Of a stretch of 64,000 nt of DNA, positions 23,601-64,000 are shown piece after piece. Position numbers and translations under genes: made by a program. The stretch covers positions 620,001 through 684,000 of the forward strand of contig NIVC01000087.1 in assembly GCA_002269645.1 (NCBI GenBank), given 5' to 3'. The stretch comes from Macrostomum lignano (taxonomy: Eukaryota). Positions within the stretch are counted from its first letter, which is position 1. The number at the start of each line of letters is the position of its first letter. The notes under the pieces were generated by a model. The model worked only from the letters and a program-made list of their open reading frames with translations, made no database searches and was not told where the DNA came from.

Positions 23601-24507
23601 AATAGAATTCACTAGTCGCTAGTCAACTTACGCTCAATGAGGTTGACTAGCGCGTCGCAGACCAAATCCTGGTGAGTGCGGCGCTCACCAGCTTCGGATC
23701 GGGGTCACCAGTATCCGTGGGCTCCTTCTCAGCAGAAGGCCTTTGATTAGTCGGGAGGCAGTTGGCGGCATTCGCCGCCCTTCGCCCACCGGCTGCGGGG
23801 TCTTCCGCCACAGAGTGGCCCAATGCCCTGGAGTAGCCAGCCGCCTGGGCAGGCGGGTCCGTCTCTGCAGTTGGCCCTGTCCCGAGGGGTTGGACCCAGA
23901 AACGACGTTCCCACCCTTCTTGGACGAACTGGTGCGCCTGGGCGTCCCGCGACCTCTCGCCTCAGCTGGCTGCTCGCTGGAACAGGCCGCGCCGTCCCTG
24001 CTACCCCATCTCGATTCCACCCTTTGATAAAAGCACCACCAGTACTCCACCGTGTCTATTCTTTGATAACTGATTCCGACTCGTTCATTAGCATTTTTCA
24101 AAGCAATTTAGTTTAATGCAGAAGCAATCAGTTCAATCGGTTTTATAGCAAAATCTAGAAACTGAAGTTATATTTCATAAAATTCTGGTTTATTGCCATA
24201 TACAAGTCACGCCTGAAAGAACGCCGTGCTCAAAGCACCAACTCTCGTGTTTAAAGCTTAAATATGCGTCCGTTGGACAGCTGGAGTTTATTGTTTTGCT
24301 TAAGCTGAGGCTTTGGATAAAAAATGGGTCTCCATGTCCAAAGTATTAAGAAAGTCTTATTTGATTGTAATAACCCAGCGTTCATTGAAGGTCTTGAGAA
24401 AAAGAGCGAGAAAAAGTTAACATTGAGTTTAGCTCAAACAAAAATTAGTTGTACAGGCAACTGAAATTCACTTACCATAAAAAGAGGTGTCTATTTTACT
24501 CATCGGT

Positions 24508-26465
<1,958 letters not shown>

Positions 26466-27069
26466 GCGTTGAATCCGACCGAGATGCGGTCTTGAGAACT
26501 ACGAGAGCTCACTGGGCTTTTAACAGCGGCACTGATTCCTTATCTTACGTAATCGCCACCGTATTATTTAAATCTTTTTTCTTCCATGTTATTACTTTTC
26601 ATTATGATTTTATTATATTATTTAATCTATCAGTGACTGTTGAAAATAGTCACTATTGTGGTTTTCATTTGGGAAATGGGATATTAAAATAAACTATACG
26701 GTAAATCTACACGGGAATTGCTTTTGCAATAGCATTCTTGTAAAACCTTATGATTTTTAAGCTTTGTAAAACAAGGAATTCAAAGTGGCAGCACATTGCA
26801 AATGAGCAGAACGGTTCGTTCAATTTTTCCGGTCCAGCATTAAATCGATTCGCGATAATGAGAGATCGGCTACTGAAAGTAGAAAAATAGAAACTTGAAC
26901 ATCGGAATTTATTCGATCAAAGAAAAAAGTATTACCACTATATTAGCTAGTTACGTGTAGAAAAAGACAAGACTAAATAGAAAGTTTCTAGCGAGGACTT
27001 AGACTTGTGCTTCAGTCTGCCAAATTAGAGTTTACTCCACTTTATATAATCCGTAGGCTCAAAAAAAGA

Positions 27070-27257
27070 GGCCGCTATACCTGGCCGCCAGAGCGCGGCG
27101 CTGCACCGCCGGTGACTCTGAGCTGGCAGTTGCACCCTAGGTACATGGGTTCTGCTGCTGCTGACGCTGCAAACGGCGAGAACTTGCACACTCGGCGTTT
27201 CGTCGACTGCCTTCTGGCTGAGACCGGCGCCCGCGGACTCAGACGGCGGTGTGACAT
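27070..27257 (+). mobile_element. 3' fragment of the same LINE family as 15465-16515
   Basis: CACTCGGCGTTTCGTCGACTGCCTTCTGGCTGAGACCGGCGCCC (~27190-27233) matches the reverse complement of ~15555-15600. Confidence 0.65.
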
Positions 27258-27365
27258 ACTTTGTGTCCCTTTTTGTTTTTGTTACGCTGTGAGCTCGATA
27301 TTCTTGCTAGTCATTAGGAGTTAATAAAAATTCAGCATGAATGCTTGCACAACCATGCATATAAA

Positions 27366-27650
27366 GGGGTTGTAGACTAGTCGTTAGAGCGTCGGACTCA
27401 GTATTGAAAGGTCGGGGGTTCGATTCCCGATCCCACTGGAACAATTTGTATCCTTGAGTAAGTCACTTAACTCTGATTGTTTCAGTCACCCAGCTGTAAA
27501 ATGGGTTTAGCTGGGGTAATTGAAGTGTGTGTGGCACCCCCAGTCCTTGGACTGAACAGCCGTACGCAGCCTTCAGATGCGCCGCGCATAGCTGCGGCTG
27601 AGCTGTCGGTTGCACATCTGCCCATTAGGGCAGGTGCAATCGAAAAAAAT
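27366..27650 (+). mobile_element. tRNA-derived SINE with CORE-like central domain (copy 1)
   Basis: A-box-like TAGACTAGTCGTTAGAGC, B-box GGTTCGATTCC, CCTTGAGTAAGTCACTTAAC...CTGTAAAATGGG (resembles MIR/CORE), terminal hairpin TGCACATCTGCCC-ATTA-GGGCAGGTGCA, A-tail. Two more copies in the window. Confidence 0.85.
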
Positions 27651-27745
27651 ATGTACGGTCTGGTAAGGCAATTTAATGATGTCAGCACCGCCAAAATGGC
27701 TGATGCATCAGATGGTGTATTTTAGTTTTAGTCCAAATTAGACAA

Positions 27746-30700
27746 TCAGGGAAAATCAGCCCTAATGATGTCGATGATGCGGTTCATCAGATCGTCGAGC
27801 ATGTCGCTGAGCAGCTGCTTGTTGGCCTCCGCGATGCCCGTCAGGTTGTTGGCGATGAGCTGCATGATGGTGCGCACGTTCTCAACCAGATCGCGGCTGC
27901 CGATGCCAATCTGGATGAAGATCTCCACGATCTTGGCGATGGGTGCCGCCAGAACGTTGGCCAAGTGTCAACAGCGCGACGGATCAGGTCGGCGGCCTCG
28001 CCAACCTTGTTCTCGATGTCGGCGCGGAGCTTGTCCAGCACCTGGGCAGTGGCAGTGGTTGCAGGGAAATTTCACCATTCGATAGAAATTTTATTCCTAA
28101 ATGAACATTTTATCAGGTTTGAAAAGACCTGGTGCGCGAAGGCTGACAGTAGGCTCTTAGGAATAAACTAGCAAACAGAGCTCCCCGTTGGGCGCCAGCA
28201 AAGAATGGAATAATTTTTTTTTGAATAAACTGCATGTAGCTTCTGACCTTATCCTTGGCATTTCAGCAATTCCCCTCGTAAGCCTTGACATCTCAGCAAT
28301 TCCCCTCGTAAGCCTTGGCATCTCAGCAATTCCCCTCGTAAGCCTTGAAATTTCAGCAATCCCAACCCCCAGTGAGCCTTGACGTCTCAGCTTATACAAT
28401 AATAACTAAAAAAAAATACATTACGGAGATAGGAGGTGTTCATTTTTTCATAACAAATAGTGTATTCTTCTTTTGATACGTCTTGCCCTTCTTATAGCTC
28501 TATTGATATTGACAAAGGTTTTCGTTTAAAAAATAGGATTTTATGTTAATTTTATATCCTACGTATATTTCCTATGCCCAAAATCGATTTGTTTTATGAA
28601 TCTATTTTTTATCATTCTGTCACACAGTCATGAAGCTTTAAGAATGATAAAATAGATAGCTCAGGGGTCGGCAGCTCTTTTTTACTGGCCAATGATGGCC
28701 AATCTAGCGCATAACTGCGGACCAGGTGAAGGGAGAAGAGAGGGAAAGAGGAGGAGAGAGAGAGGAGAATAGAGGAGAGAAAAGAGAACAGGAGAGATGA
28801 GATATTGAGGTAAGAGAAAAGACACAAACATTGTGCTTTGGATTGCTGTTGTGAAGTTTCAAAGGACCAGAGGGCCGGATAGAGAGGCTTCGCGGGCCGT
28901 ATAGTTTGCCGACTCCTGCTCTAGCTGGTCAACCTTGCCTCTTATGCAGCAATGTACACTGTAATGTACAGTGAAATTCGTACAGACAAAAGGCTCCCTA
29001 CGCGGCTGGAAAAGCTTTTCATAGTCTATGGCCAGCTACACTGTCAACCACGCGGACAATGAATGGATTCGTATTTTCAGGCTTCGGAGTGACTAGTGAT
29101 AATACTAATCATAGTAATCACCTCATTAATGAAGGAAATGATGGGGCCGAGAATGCGGTTGATAATCTCCAGGAGGATGGAGAAATCCATAGCCTGACGG
29201 GCCGCGACCGCGTCGCCGTCGATGATGTCGAGTAGGCCAGAGATCACCAGGCTAAGAATGCTCTTAAAGATGGCTTTGTTGGCCTCGTGGATTCCGGAGA
29301 CGCTGTCTGTAAATTAATTGACGTTTTACATGTACTTAAAATTTTTTCAATGACCAGAGTTAATAATTGAGTTTTGAGACTCCTACCGATCAGGGTCTCA
29401 AGCGCCCTCTTGATAGCCTTGGCGAGGTCGCCAATCTCGATGCCGATGTCGTGAAGAACGCCGATAATCTTGACGACCGGATCGCGGAGCAGCAGCGTCA
29501 GCTCGTCGATGAGGCGCTGCAATTTGGCCTTGGCTTCGTCGGTTTTGTCCTCGATCAGCATGCGGATCTGGTCCAAGATCTGGATGGGGTAATCGAAAGC
29601 TTTTGAAATAGATTTGATGCTGGACAATGTGTGTCTCTTCTGTGTGTGAGGATTTCTCCCTCAGGTTGTGTCACAGTTAATTAATGGTAGCTTGTGTCAC
29701 AGGCTGTCTCCCTCAGGTTGTGTCAGTTAATTGAGTGGTAGCTTGTGTCACAGGTTGTCTCCCTCAGGTTGTGTCTCAGTCAATGAATGGTAGCTTGTGT
29801 CACAGGCTGTCTCCCTCAGGTTGTGTCACAGGCTGTCTCCCTCAGGTTGTGTCACAAGCTGTCTCCCTCAGGTTGTGTCACAGGCTGTCTCCCTCAGGTT
29901 GTGTCAGTTAATTGAGTGGTTGCTTGTGTCACAGGCTGTCTCCCTCAGGTTGTGTCACAGGCTGTCTCCCTCAGGTTGTGTCACAGGCTGTCTCCCTCAG
30001 GTTGTGTCACAGGCTATCTCCCTCAGCTTGTGTCACAGGCTGTCTCCCTCAGGTTGTGTCACAGTCAATGAATGGTAGCTTGTGTCACAGGCTGTCTCCC
30101 TCAGGTTGTGTCACAGTTAGTTAATGGTAGTTTGTGTCACAGGCTGTCTCCCTCAGGTTGTGTCACAGTTAGTTAATGGTAGCTTGTGTCACAGGCTGTC
30201 TCCCTCAGGTTGTGTCACAGTTTTCTGTGCCAGCTGATTTGTCAGGCTGGGTCACCGCCCCCTCCCTCAGTGCCAAGCACTCACCCCGTTGATCTTGCCC
30301 AGAATCGGCTGCACAATCCAGCCAATGATGCGGTCAATGATGAGGAAGGCCTCGTCGCGCTTGGGTGCCAGAAGGAAGCCTTTGCCAACGATGCCCGACA
30401 CCAGGATGTCCGTCACCTTTTCGATGAGGAGGGCCACAGTCTCCGCACTGATGGAGGCAATTGAGCCGATACCGCCTGAAATAATAAAGTACATGGTGTC
30501 ATTGAATCGGAAACTGTTACCAACTACAGTGCACCCCTCAGTCTGATAAATGATCTTACCAAGAACAGCAGCCACCAACTGTTTAATGGCGTCCCTCACG
30601 TTGACAACCTCGCCGAGGATATTGTTCATGATGTCTATGATGCGGATAGCGAACGGCCGGATGAGCTCGGCGATGGCGTCGGCGTAGTCCAGAATGTTGT

Positions 30701-32818
30701 CTCCGATGATGCCGACCTGATCAATCAGGGACAGGATGAGGGACTGCACCTGGCGCTTGGCAAGCTCCAGGAGCGGCTGGATGAGCTTGTCAAGAATGCC
30801 GCGAGCCTGCTTGGGCTGGGCCAGCAGCTGCTGGAACACCTCCAGCTCGGCGGCGGTTGGCAGCAGCTTGTCCACGATGTAGTTGATGAGAGACTTGATG
30901 ATCTCCTTGTTGGCGTCGCCGATAACGCCAACGTATTCTGTTGTGCAGGTGGCATTTTTGGAGTAAGATTTTGAGCATATAGAGTAAGACATTCATTTTG
31001 GAGCTTCACAGTAGCATGAGGCATATTTACTCAAATTTTTATTCTAAGATCATTTTTATGCATTCAACATAACGCATAATTGGTAGTTAGGCTATTTTTA
31101 GAAGGTAAACCAGTATTACTAAAAGTAAAATAAATTATAAAAGTTATCATTTATTGGTAACTTAAAATTCGAGATTAAAACAAAACAATTTTCGAGATTA
31201 GCAACTTTGTTTCTTGGAAAGCATAGTAATAAAAAGATGAAGATGATGAAGATGACTCCTGGAGGTGGGCAATCGTGCCTATTCCACTGGCCATTGAACA
31301 CGCACACTGATACGGATACGTACGCATGCACACACTCATACAGGTTGTACACTACAGCAACCATGACTTTTGTCACCGTCATTCCTGCACACTCTCTGTG
31401 CCTTGGAATTTGGCCCTCCTAGACACTTTTCACGGTGCCTGAACCCAAAATTGATGTCGCCACTCGCGCGGCTTCAAACCAAGGACTTTGGCGCGAGAGT
31501 CGGACGCGTTAAACACTGATTTGCTCAGCCCCACCCCCCCCCCCCCAGAAAACGGCTCCTCACCGAACAGAGCCTCAACGGCCATGCGGAAGCCCCCCCC
31601 CCCCAGCAAACGGCTCCTCACCGAACAGAGCCTCAACGGCCATGCGGCAGCCCCCCCCCAGCAAACGGCTCCTCACCGAACAGAGCCTCAACGGCCATGC
31701 GGCAGCCCCCCCCCAGCAAACGGCTCCTCACCGAACAGAGCCTCAACGGCCATGCGGCAGCCCCCCCCCAGCAAACGGCTCCTCACCGAACAGAGCCTCA
31801 ACGGCCATGCGGAAGCCCCCCCCCCCAGCAAACGGCTCCTCACCGAACAGAGCCTCAACGGCCATGCGGATTCGCTCGCGAAGCTCCACGCCGGCGCCGA
31901 TGATGTTGTTGATCTGGTCCAGAATCCTAATGACGAAGGGCCTGATCAGTTCGACAAGGGCGTCAATCATCTCCTTGACATTGCCGATGATGAGACCGCC
32001 CTGGTCCTTGATCGAGTTGATGATCGAGTTGATTTGCTGGAATAGTAAGAGAATGCAAATGGCATAGTAGTTGATTTTGGTAGTTATAAGGGATACAGAT
32101 AGCAGATGCAGACACAGGTAATTAAAAGTAAATCTGTTCAGCAATGTCTCACAGTCAGCACCAACTGTTTCAGCGGCCTCAGCAGGATGTCGATGATGCC
32201 ACTGATGAAGAAGCCAACTTCCTTCCGGTCAGCTTCTGTAGCACAGGATAGTAGTATAAAGCAGTATTACGAGTAATGTCAGACTATATCAGGCAGGGGT
32301 AAAGGGCGCCCACCAACAGACAGGGGTAAGGGGAAATTATCAAGAGACAGGGGTAAGGGGAAATTATCAAGAGACAGGGGTAAGGGGCAATTATCAAGAG
32401 ACAGGGGTAAGGGGCAATTATCAAGAGACAGGGGTAAGGGGCAATTATCAAGAGACAGGGGTAAGGGGCAATTATCAAGAGACAGGGGTAAGGGGCAATT
32501 ATCAAGAGACAGGGGTAAGGGGCGCCCATCAAGAGAGAGGGCTAAGGGGCGCCCATCAAGAGACAGGGCTAAGGGGCGTATATTGACGCCCCTTAGGGTT
32601 GCGGCCCCTTTAAATTAATTTCCTGAGCGTGCCACTAAGAGTGCAACTTGCTATGACATAAGGACAAACTACCAGTGTCCAGCGCACAGATGAAGCAGCT
32701 ACTCACTTCCAGCTTCCTCAACCTGCGACTTCCGTCGGATTTCGGCGGCTGACGCAGTCAGGGCGGCCAGCCCGACGACTCCAAGCAGCAGCACTACCAG
32801 CCAGGACGACAATCTCAT
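27746..32818 (-). CDS. Orphan secreted protein (~540 aa): signal peptide plus four ~125-aa amphipathic alpha-helical repeats, no Cys; 8 exons; 1-nt frameshift in last exon
   Basis: Exons 32818-32707 (MRLSSWLVVLLLGVVGLAALTASA..), 32235-32162, 32036-31844, 30937-30560, 30475-30285, 29579-29387, 29306-29122, 28041-27746. All are GT-AG with matching phases; exons 3 and 6 are both 193 nt. Internal repeat motif I..I.EANK. Confidence 0.8.
28250..28372. repeat. 30-bp tandem repeat x4 (CAGCAATTCCCCTCGTAAGCCTTGGCATTT)
   Basis: Direct reading; intronic. Confidence 0.85.
28662..28918. mobile_element. hAT-like MITE (TIR CAGGGGTCGGCA); related copies at ~36310-36431 and 51758-51931
   Basis: CAGGGGTCGGCA...TGCCGACTCCTG; shared internal TTGTGAAGTTTCAAAGGACC (reverse-complemented at ~51780-51800). 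TSD only partial. Confidence 0.65.
29650..30222. repeat. 26-bp minisatellite (TTGTGTCACAGGCTGTCTCCCTCAGG)n
   Basis: Direct reading; intronic. Confidence 0.92.
31535..31870. repeat. 55-58-bp tandem repeat, each unit containing the exon-3 end and 5' splice site of the secreted-protein gene
   Basis: Six copies of minus-strand CGCATGGCCGTTGAGGCTCTGTTCG|GTGAGGAGCC. Confidence 0.9.
32295..32577. repeat. 27-bp minisatellite (AAGAGACAGGGGTAAGGGGCAATTATC)n
   Basis: Direct reading; intron 1 of the secreted-protein gene. Confidence 0.9.
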
Positions 32819-33377
32819 TATTGTTGCAGAAATTCTTTCCGAAAAAGAAAATGAAATCTCAGACCAGCAAGCGGCTAACCAGTTCCCGCTGACGGAATTT
32901 ATTTAGTATTATTAGGACGAAATCACCTGTTGAACAGTCGCCCTTCCCTCTCTCGCACAGGCCATTCTGCAGCTCCACTGCGTGCCTCAGCCAGCGAAAT
33001 CTGGCCGAGCAGCTGCTGAGCTCCCAGTGATAACAGCAGCTCAAAGGTCGTTTTCAATACAAAGAAAAGGCATGCGCGAAGCCCCAATAGGGAGTTTTAT
33101 CGGAGACACGATGCACCGAAACACTGCCTGCTAGGGTAATTCCAACTTTGCGCAACGTGTGTGAGAATTTTGAAAAAAGGCGCATGGCACCACACAATGA
33201 ACTATTTCTTAGGCATAGTAGGTTAAGGTAAGAAAGAATTGAAGCAAATGAATATTGTCTGTGTATTTTGAACTGAAGTTGAAATAAGCATGGACAAAGC
33301 TGATGGTTATTTCCTGCTTTATTTCGTTTTACATGTGCTTAGAATAAATTTACTCCTAGATGTCTATAGTCCAACAG

Positions 33378-35312
33378 ACTGAAGATACACCAGACACACT
33401 GAAGATACACCAGACACACTGAAGATACACCAGACACACTGAAGATACACCAGACACACTGAAGATACACCAGACACACTGAAGATACGCCAGAAACACG
33501 GAAGATACACCAGACACACTGGAGATACACCAGACACACTGGAGATACACCAGACACACTGGAGATACACCAGACACACTTGAGATACACCAGACACACT
33601 GGAGATACACCAGAAACACTGAAGATACACCAGACACACGGAAGATACACCAGAAACACTGAAGATACACCAGACACACTGAAGATACACCAGACACACT
33701 GGAGGTACACCAGAAACACTGAAGATACACCAGACACACTTGAGATACACCAGAAACACTGGAGATACACCAGACACACTGAAGATACACCAGAAACACT
33801 GAAGATACACCAGACACACTTGAGATACACCAGACACACTGGAGATACACCAGACACACTGGAGATACACCAGACACACTGGAGATACACCAGACACACT
33901 GGAGATACACCAGAAACACTGAAGATACACCAGAAACACTGAAGATACACCAGACACACTGGAGATACACCAGACACACTTGAGATACACCAGAAACACT
34001 GAAGATACACCAGAAACACTGAAGATACACCAGAAACACTGAAGATACACCAGAAACACTGAAGATACACCAGACACACTGGAGATACACCAGACACACT
34101 GAAGATACACCAGACACACTTGAGATACACCAGACACACTGGAGATACACCAGAAACACTGAAGATACACCAGACACACGGAAGATACACCAAGACAGAC
34201 TCAGACACACTGGAGATACACCAGACACACTTGAGATACACAAGACACACTGAAGATACACCAGACACACTGAAGATACGCCAGAAACACGGAAGATACA
34301 CCAGACACACTGGAGATACACCAGACACACTGGAGATACACCAGACACACTGGAGATACACCAGACACACTTGAGATACACCAGACACACTGGAGATACA
34401 CCAGAAACACTGAAGATACACCAGACACACGGAAGATACACCAAGACAGACTCAGACACACTGGAGATACACCAGACACACTTGAGATACACCAGACACA
34501 CTTGAGATACACAAGACACACTTGAGATACACCAGAAACACTGAAGATACACCAGACACACTGAAGATACGCCAGACACACGGAACATACACCAGACACA
34601 CTGGAGATACACCAGACACACTGGAGATACACCAGAAACACTGGAGATACACCAGAAACACTGAAGATACACCAGACACACTGGAGATACACCAGACACA
34701 CTGGAGATACACCAGACACACTGGAGATACACCAGACACACTGGAGATACACCAGAAACACTGGAGATACACCAGAAACACTGAAGATACACCAGACACA
34801 CTGGAGATACACCAGACACACTGAAGATACACCAGACACACTGGAGATACACCAGACACACTGAAGATACACCAGACACACTGGAGATACACCAGACACA
34901 CTGAAGATACACCAGACACACTGGAGATACGCCAGAAACACGGAAGATACACCAGACACACTGGAGATACACCAGACACACTGGAGATACACCAGACACA
35001 CTGGAGATACACCAGACACACTGGAGATACACCAGAAACACTGAAGATACACCAGAAACACTGAAGATACACCAGAAACACTGAAGATACACCAGACACA
35101 CTTGAGATACACCAGACACACTGGAGATACACCAGACACACTTGAGATACACCAGACACACTGGAGATACACCAGACACACTGAAGATACACTAGACACA
35201 CTGAAGATACACCAGACACACTGAAGATACACCAGACACACTGAAGATACACCAGACACACTGAAGATACACCAGACACACTGAAGATACACCAGACAGA
35301 CTGAAGATACAC
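33378..35312. repeat. 20-bp minisatellite (GAAGATACACCAGACACACT)n, ~1.9 kb, intergenic
   Basis: Direct reading; source of the long (CLVYLQCVWCISSVSGVSSV)n ORFs. Confidence 0.97.
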
Positions 35313-36707
35313 CGAAAAGCATACTAGAAACGCAGCAAGCGGCCTCAAGACACATACAATACCGAAGCAACAATGTACCTCAACCATTGGCCCAATATTT
35401 ATGAGCACGAGGCCTCAGTATAATTTCTTATTAGAATTTATTAAATGATGAAAAGCCGAGGAAAAAGATGAGTATTAAATTATTTGATAAGTTATTGCAC
35501 TAATATAATCAGCATTTGTTATATGCATCTTATCCAATCAAGCAAATACAGCGGCTCATGACACGCAATCCGAATAAAATTCTCATACTTTTTTCACAGG
35601 AAAAAGCAGAACAAACCAAAAAACCAGAGAGTCAGCAAATGAATTTTAGTCACGAAGCTGATATGGAGAGCGGAGATGCTGTGTACAATAATTCGAAACT
35701 TTTTTTATTATAATGAGTAGACAGACAGTTAGGAAAGGCGGCCGGATATGGGAATAGCGACACCCCAACCCAGTAACCCTTGGGCTTAAGAGACAGTGGA
35801 GTGTGTTAATCAAACCCACACCAGCAAATTGCATCGCAAGCAAAGAGATGATTGGTGAATACGGTAAGAAAAGTAATTTATAAGTACATTAATCCAATTA
35901 AATTGAAGCGAGTAAAAAAAGCAGTTATTTTTAGGCTCACGGACATGCGTTTATCATGATAGAATTATGTACACAAACCAAAATCGGAAACACAACCCAC
36001 TGATTAAACATTCTAGCAATGAAAAGTTAGGCAACAGCAGACGCTCTTTAAAAAATAAACCTTTATTCATTAATTAGCAAAGCTATTGATATACGCAGGA
36101 CAATATTGATGGGAAGCAAAATGGGTGAAAATTGGATTTATTGTCATAGTAATACTTACTCTCTCACGCGAGAGGCTTTTGCACACGTTTCTTACAAGTG
36201 AACTATTAATATTATGCAATTTTCTACTGGACAACTTGGCTATTTGGCATCGCAGCTCACTGGGTAAGCCGTGTTGCATAAAAATTACGCGCTCCTAAGT
36301 TCTATTCAAGGGCCAGATGAAAAAAAGGAGAGGGACAGAGAAGCGAGCTGAGCAGAGTCACAAACCTTGATCGGGCCGGATTGCTATTGTGAAGCTTCAA
36401 AGGACCCGAGTGCCGGATTTTGCAACCCCCTAAAAGTGTAAAAGGAAGGACGTAAATCTCAAAAACATTCCTAAGTTTACTTTGCCCTGCAGTGTTTCAC
36501 TAAATTGTCTAATTTCTTATTGATTCTGGTCTATACCAGAAGTATTTTCCGTAAATTCAACTGCTTAGAAGTCTTAGATGCTTACTGAGACAAGAAGATG
36601 CGAAAATTGACCAATTATTGTGCTAGAACAAGACTTCGAAAGCAGGATTTGGGAGTGCCTGGTGAGGAGCCTCCTTTATTAATCAGCTGCCCACGATAGC
36701 CAAGCAA

Positions 36708-63610
<26,903 letters not shown>

Positions 63611-64000
63611 CTGTTCAAAATAGTTTGTTTAACGGGCAGGAAATGAAATTTTGAACTGGTTTGTGGAGAAGCACAGGCGAATTTTAATCAGACTTAAGAA
63701 TATTCCGTTAATAGAAATTGCTCACTCCCTTTTTGCTTTTAGCTAAGACTCTTGACGTTGGACTTCAAAGAATCTGAGACGGACACAAAGAAGTCTAAAG
63801 AGCGACCCTTTATCATTAAGCCATTGCCTAAATGGTTGTAAAGGCGAAAGCTACTTTAATATTGCATGGGTTCACTGCAGAGGCCAGGAAGTCTTAGACA
63901 CCAGAGCTATGAACTTTTCCAAATCTATGAAACACGTTTGAAAACAATAGGATTTAAACAGAGTCATTATTCAAATCTTTAGTGCTATTCTCATCTACAA

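Noticed and set aside
33378-35312. CRISPR-like regular array
   Set aside because: No unique spacers, eukaryotic context, no cas genes; the same applies to all other arrays.
33339-35408. Several 270-600-aa Cys/Val/Ser-rich ORFs
   Set aside because: Translations of a 20-bp tandem repeat, open in many frames; no unique sequence.

Overview
Eukaryotic (metazoan) genomic DNA: GT-AG introns, GC3-rich exons with poly-Ala/Gln tracts, and almost every intron filled by its own minisatellite. This style suggests a free-living flatworm such as Macrostomum (inference, not verified). Five spliced protein-coding genes can be reconstructed by hand. (1) An orphan type-I membrane protein with a PPxY tail (-, ~1.3-5.0 kb). 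(2) A myosin II regulatory light chain (-, 8.7-10.1 kb). (3) A LicD-family nucleotidyltransferase (+, 24.5-26.5 kb). (4) An orphan secreted, cysteine-free ~540-aa protein of four ~125-aa amphipathic-helix repeats (-, 27.7-32.8 kb). (5) The 3' half of an MPDZ/MUPP1 multi-PDZ scaffold gene (PDZ7-13; -, 36.7 kb to beyond 63.6 kb). Between 13.5 and 24 kb lies a nest of transposon relics: a MITE, an RT-LINE fragment, a hAT derivative with a perfect 8-bp TSD, a 1.5-kb-arm inverted repeat with outward-facing promoter motifs, and an RNase H-bearing LINE. Three copies of a tRNA-headed CORE-like SINE and several hAT-type MITEs are dispersed. Most long ORFs in the supplied track are artefacts of tandem repeats. 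Best leads: the four-repeat secreted protein (possible processed polyprotein), a signal-peptide exon with no Met that may take its AUG from a flatworm spliced leader, a minisatellite that multiplies a splice donor six times, the long inverted repeat, and a 1.5-kb CpG-free tract. All gene models are manual and unverified by RNA data.
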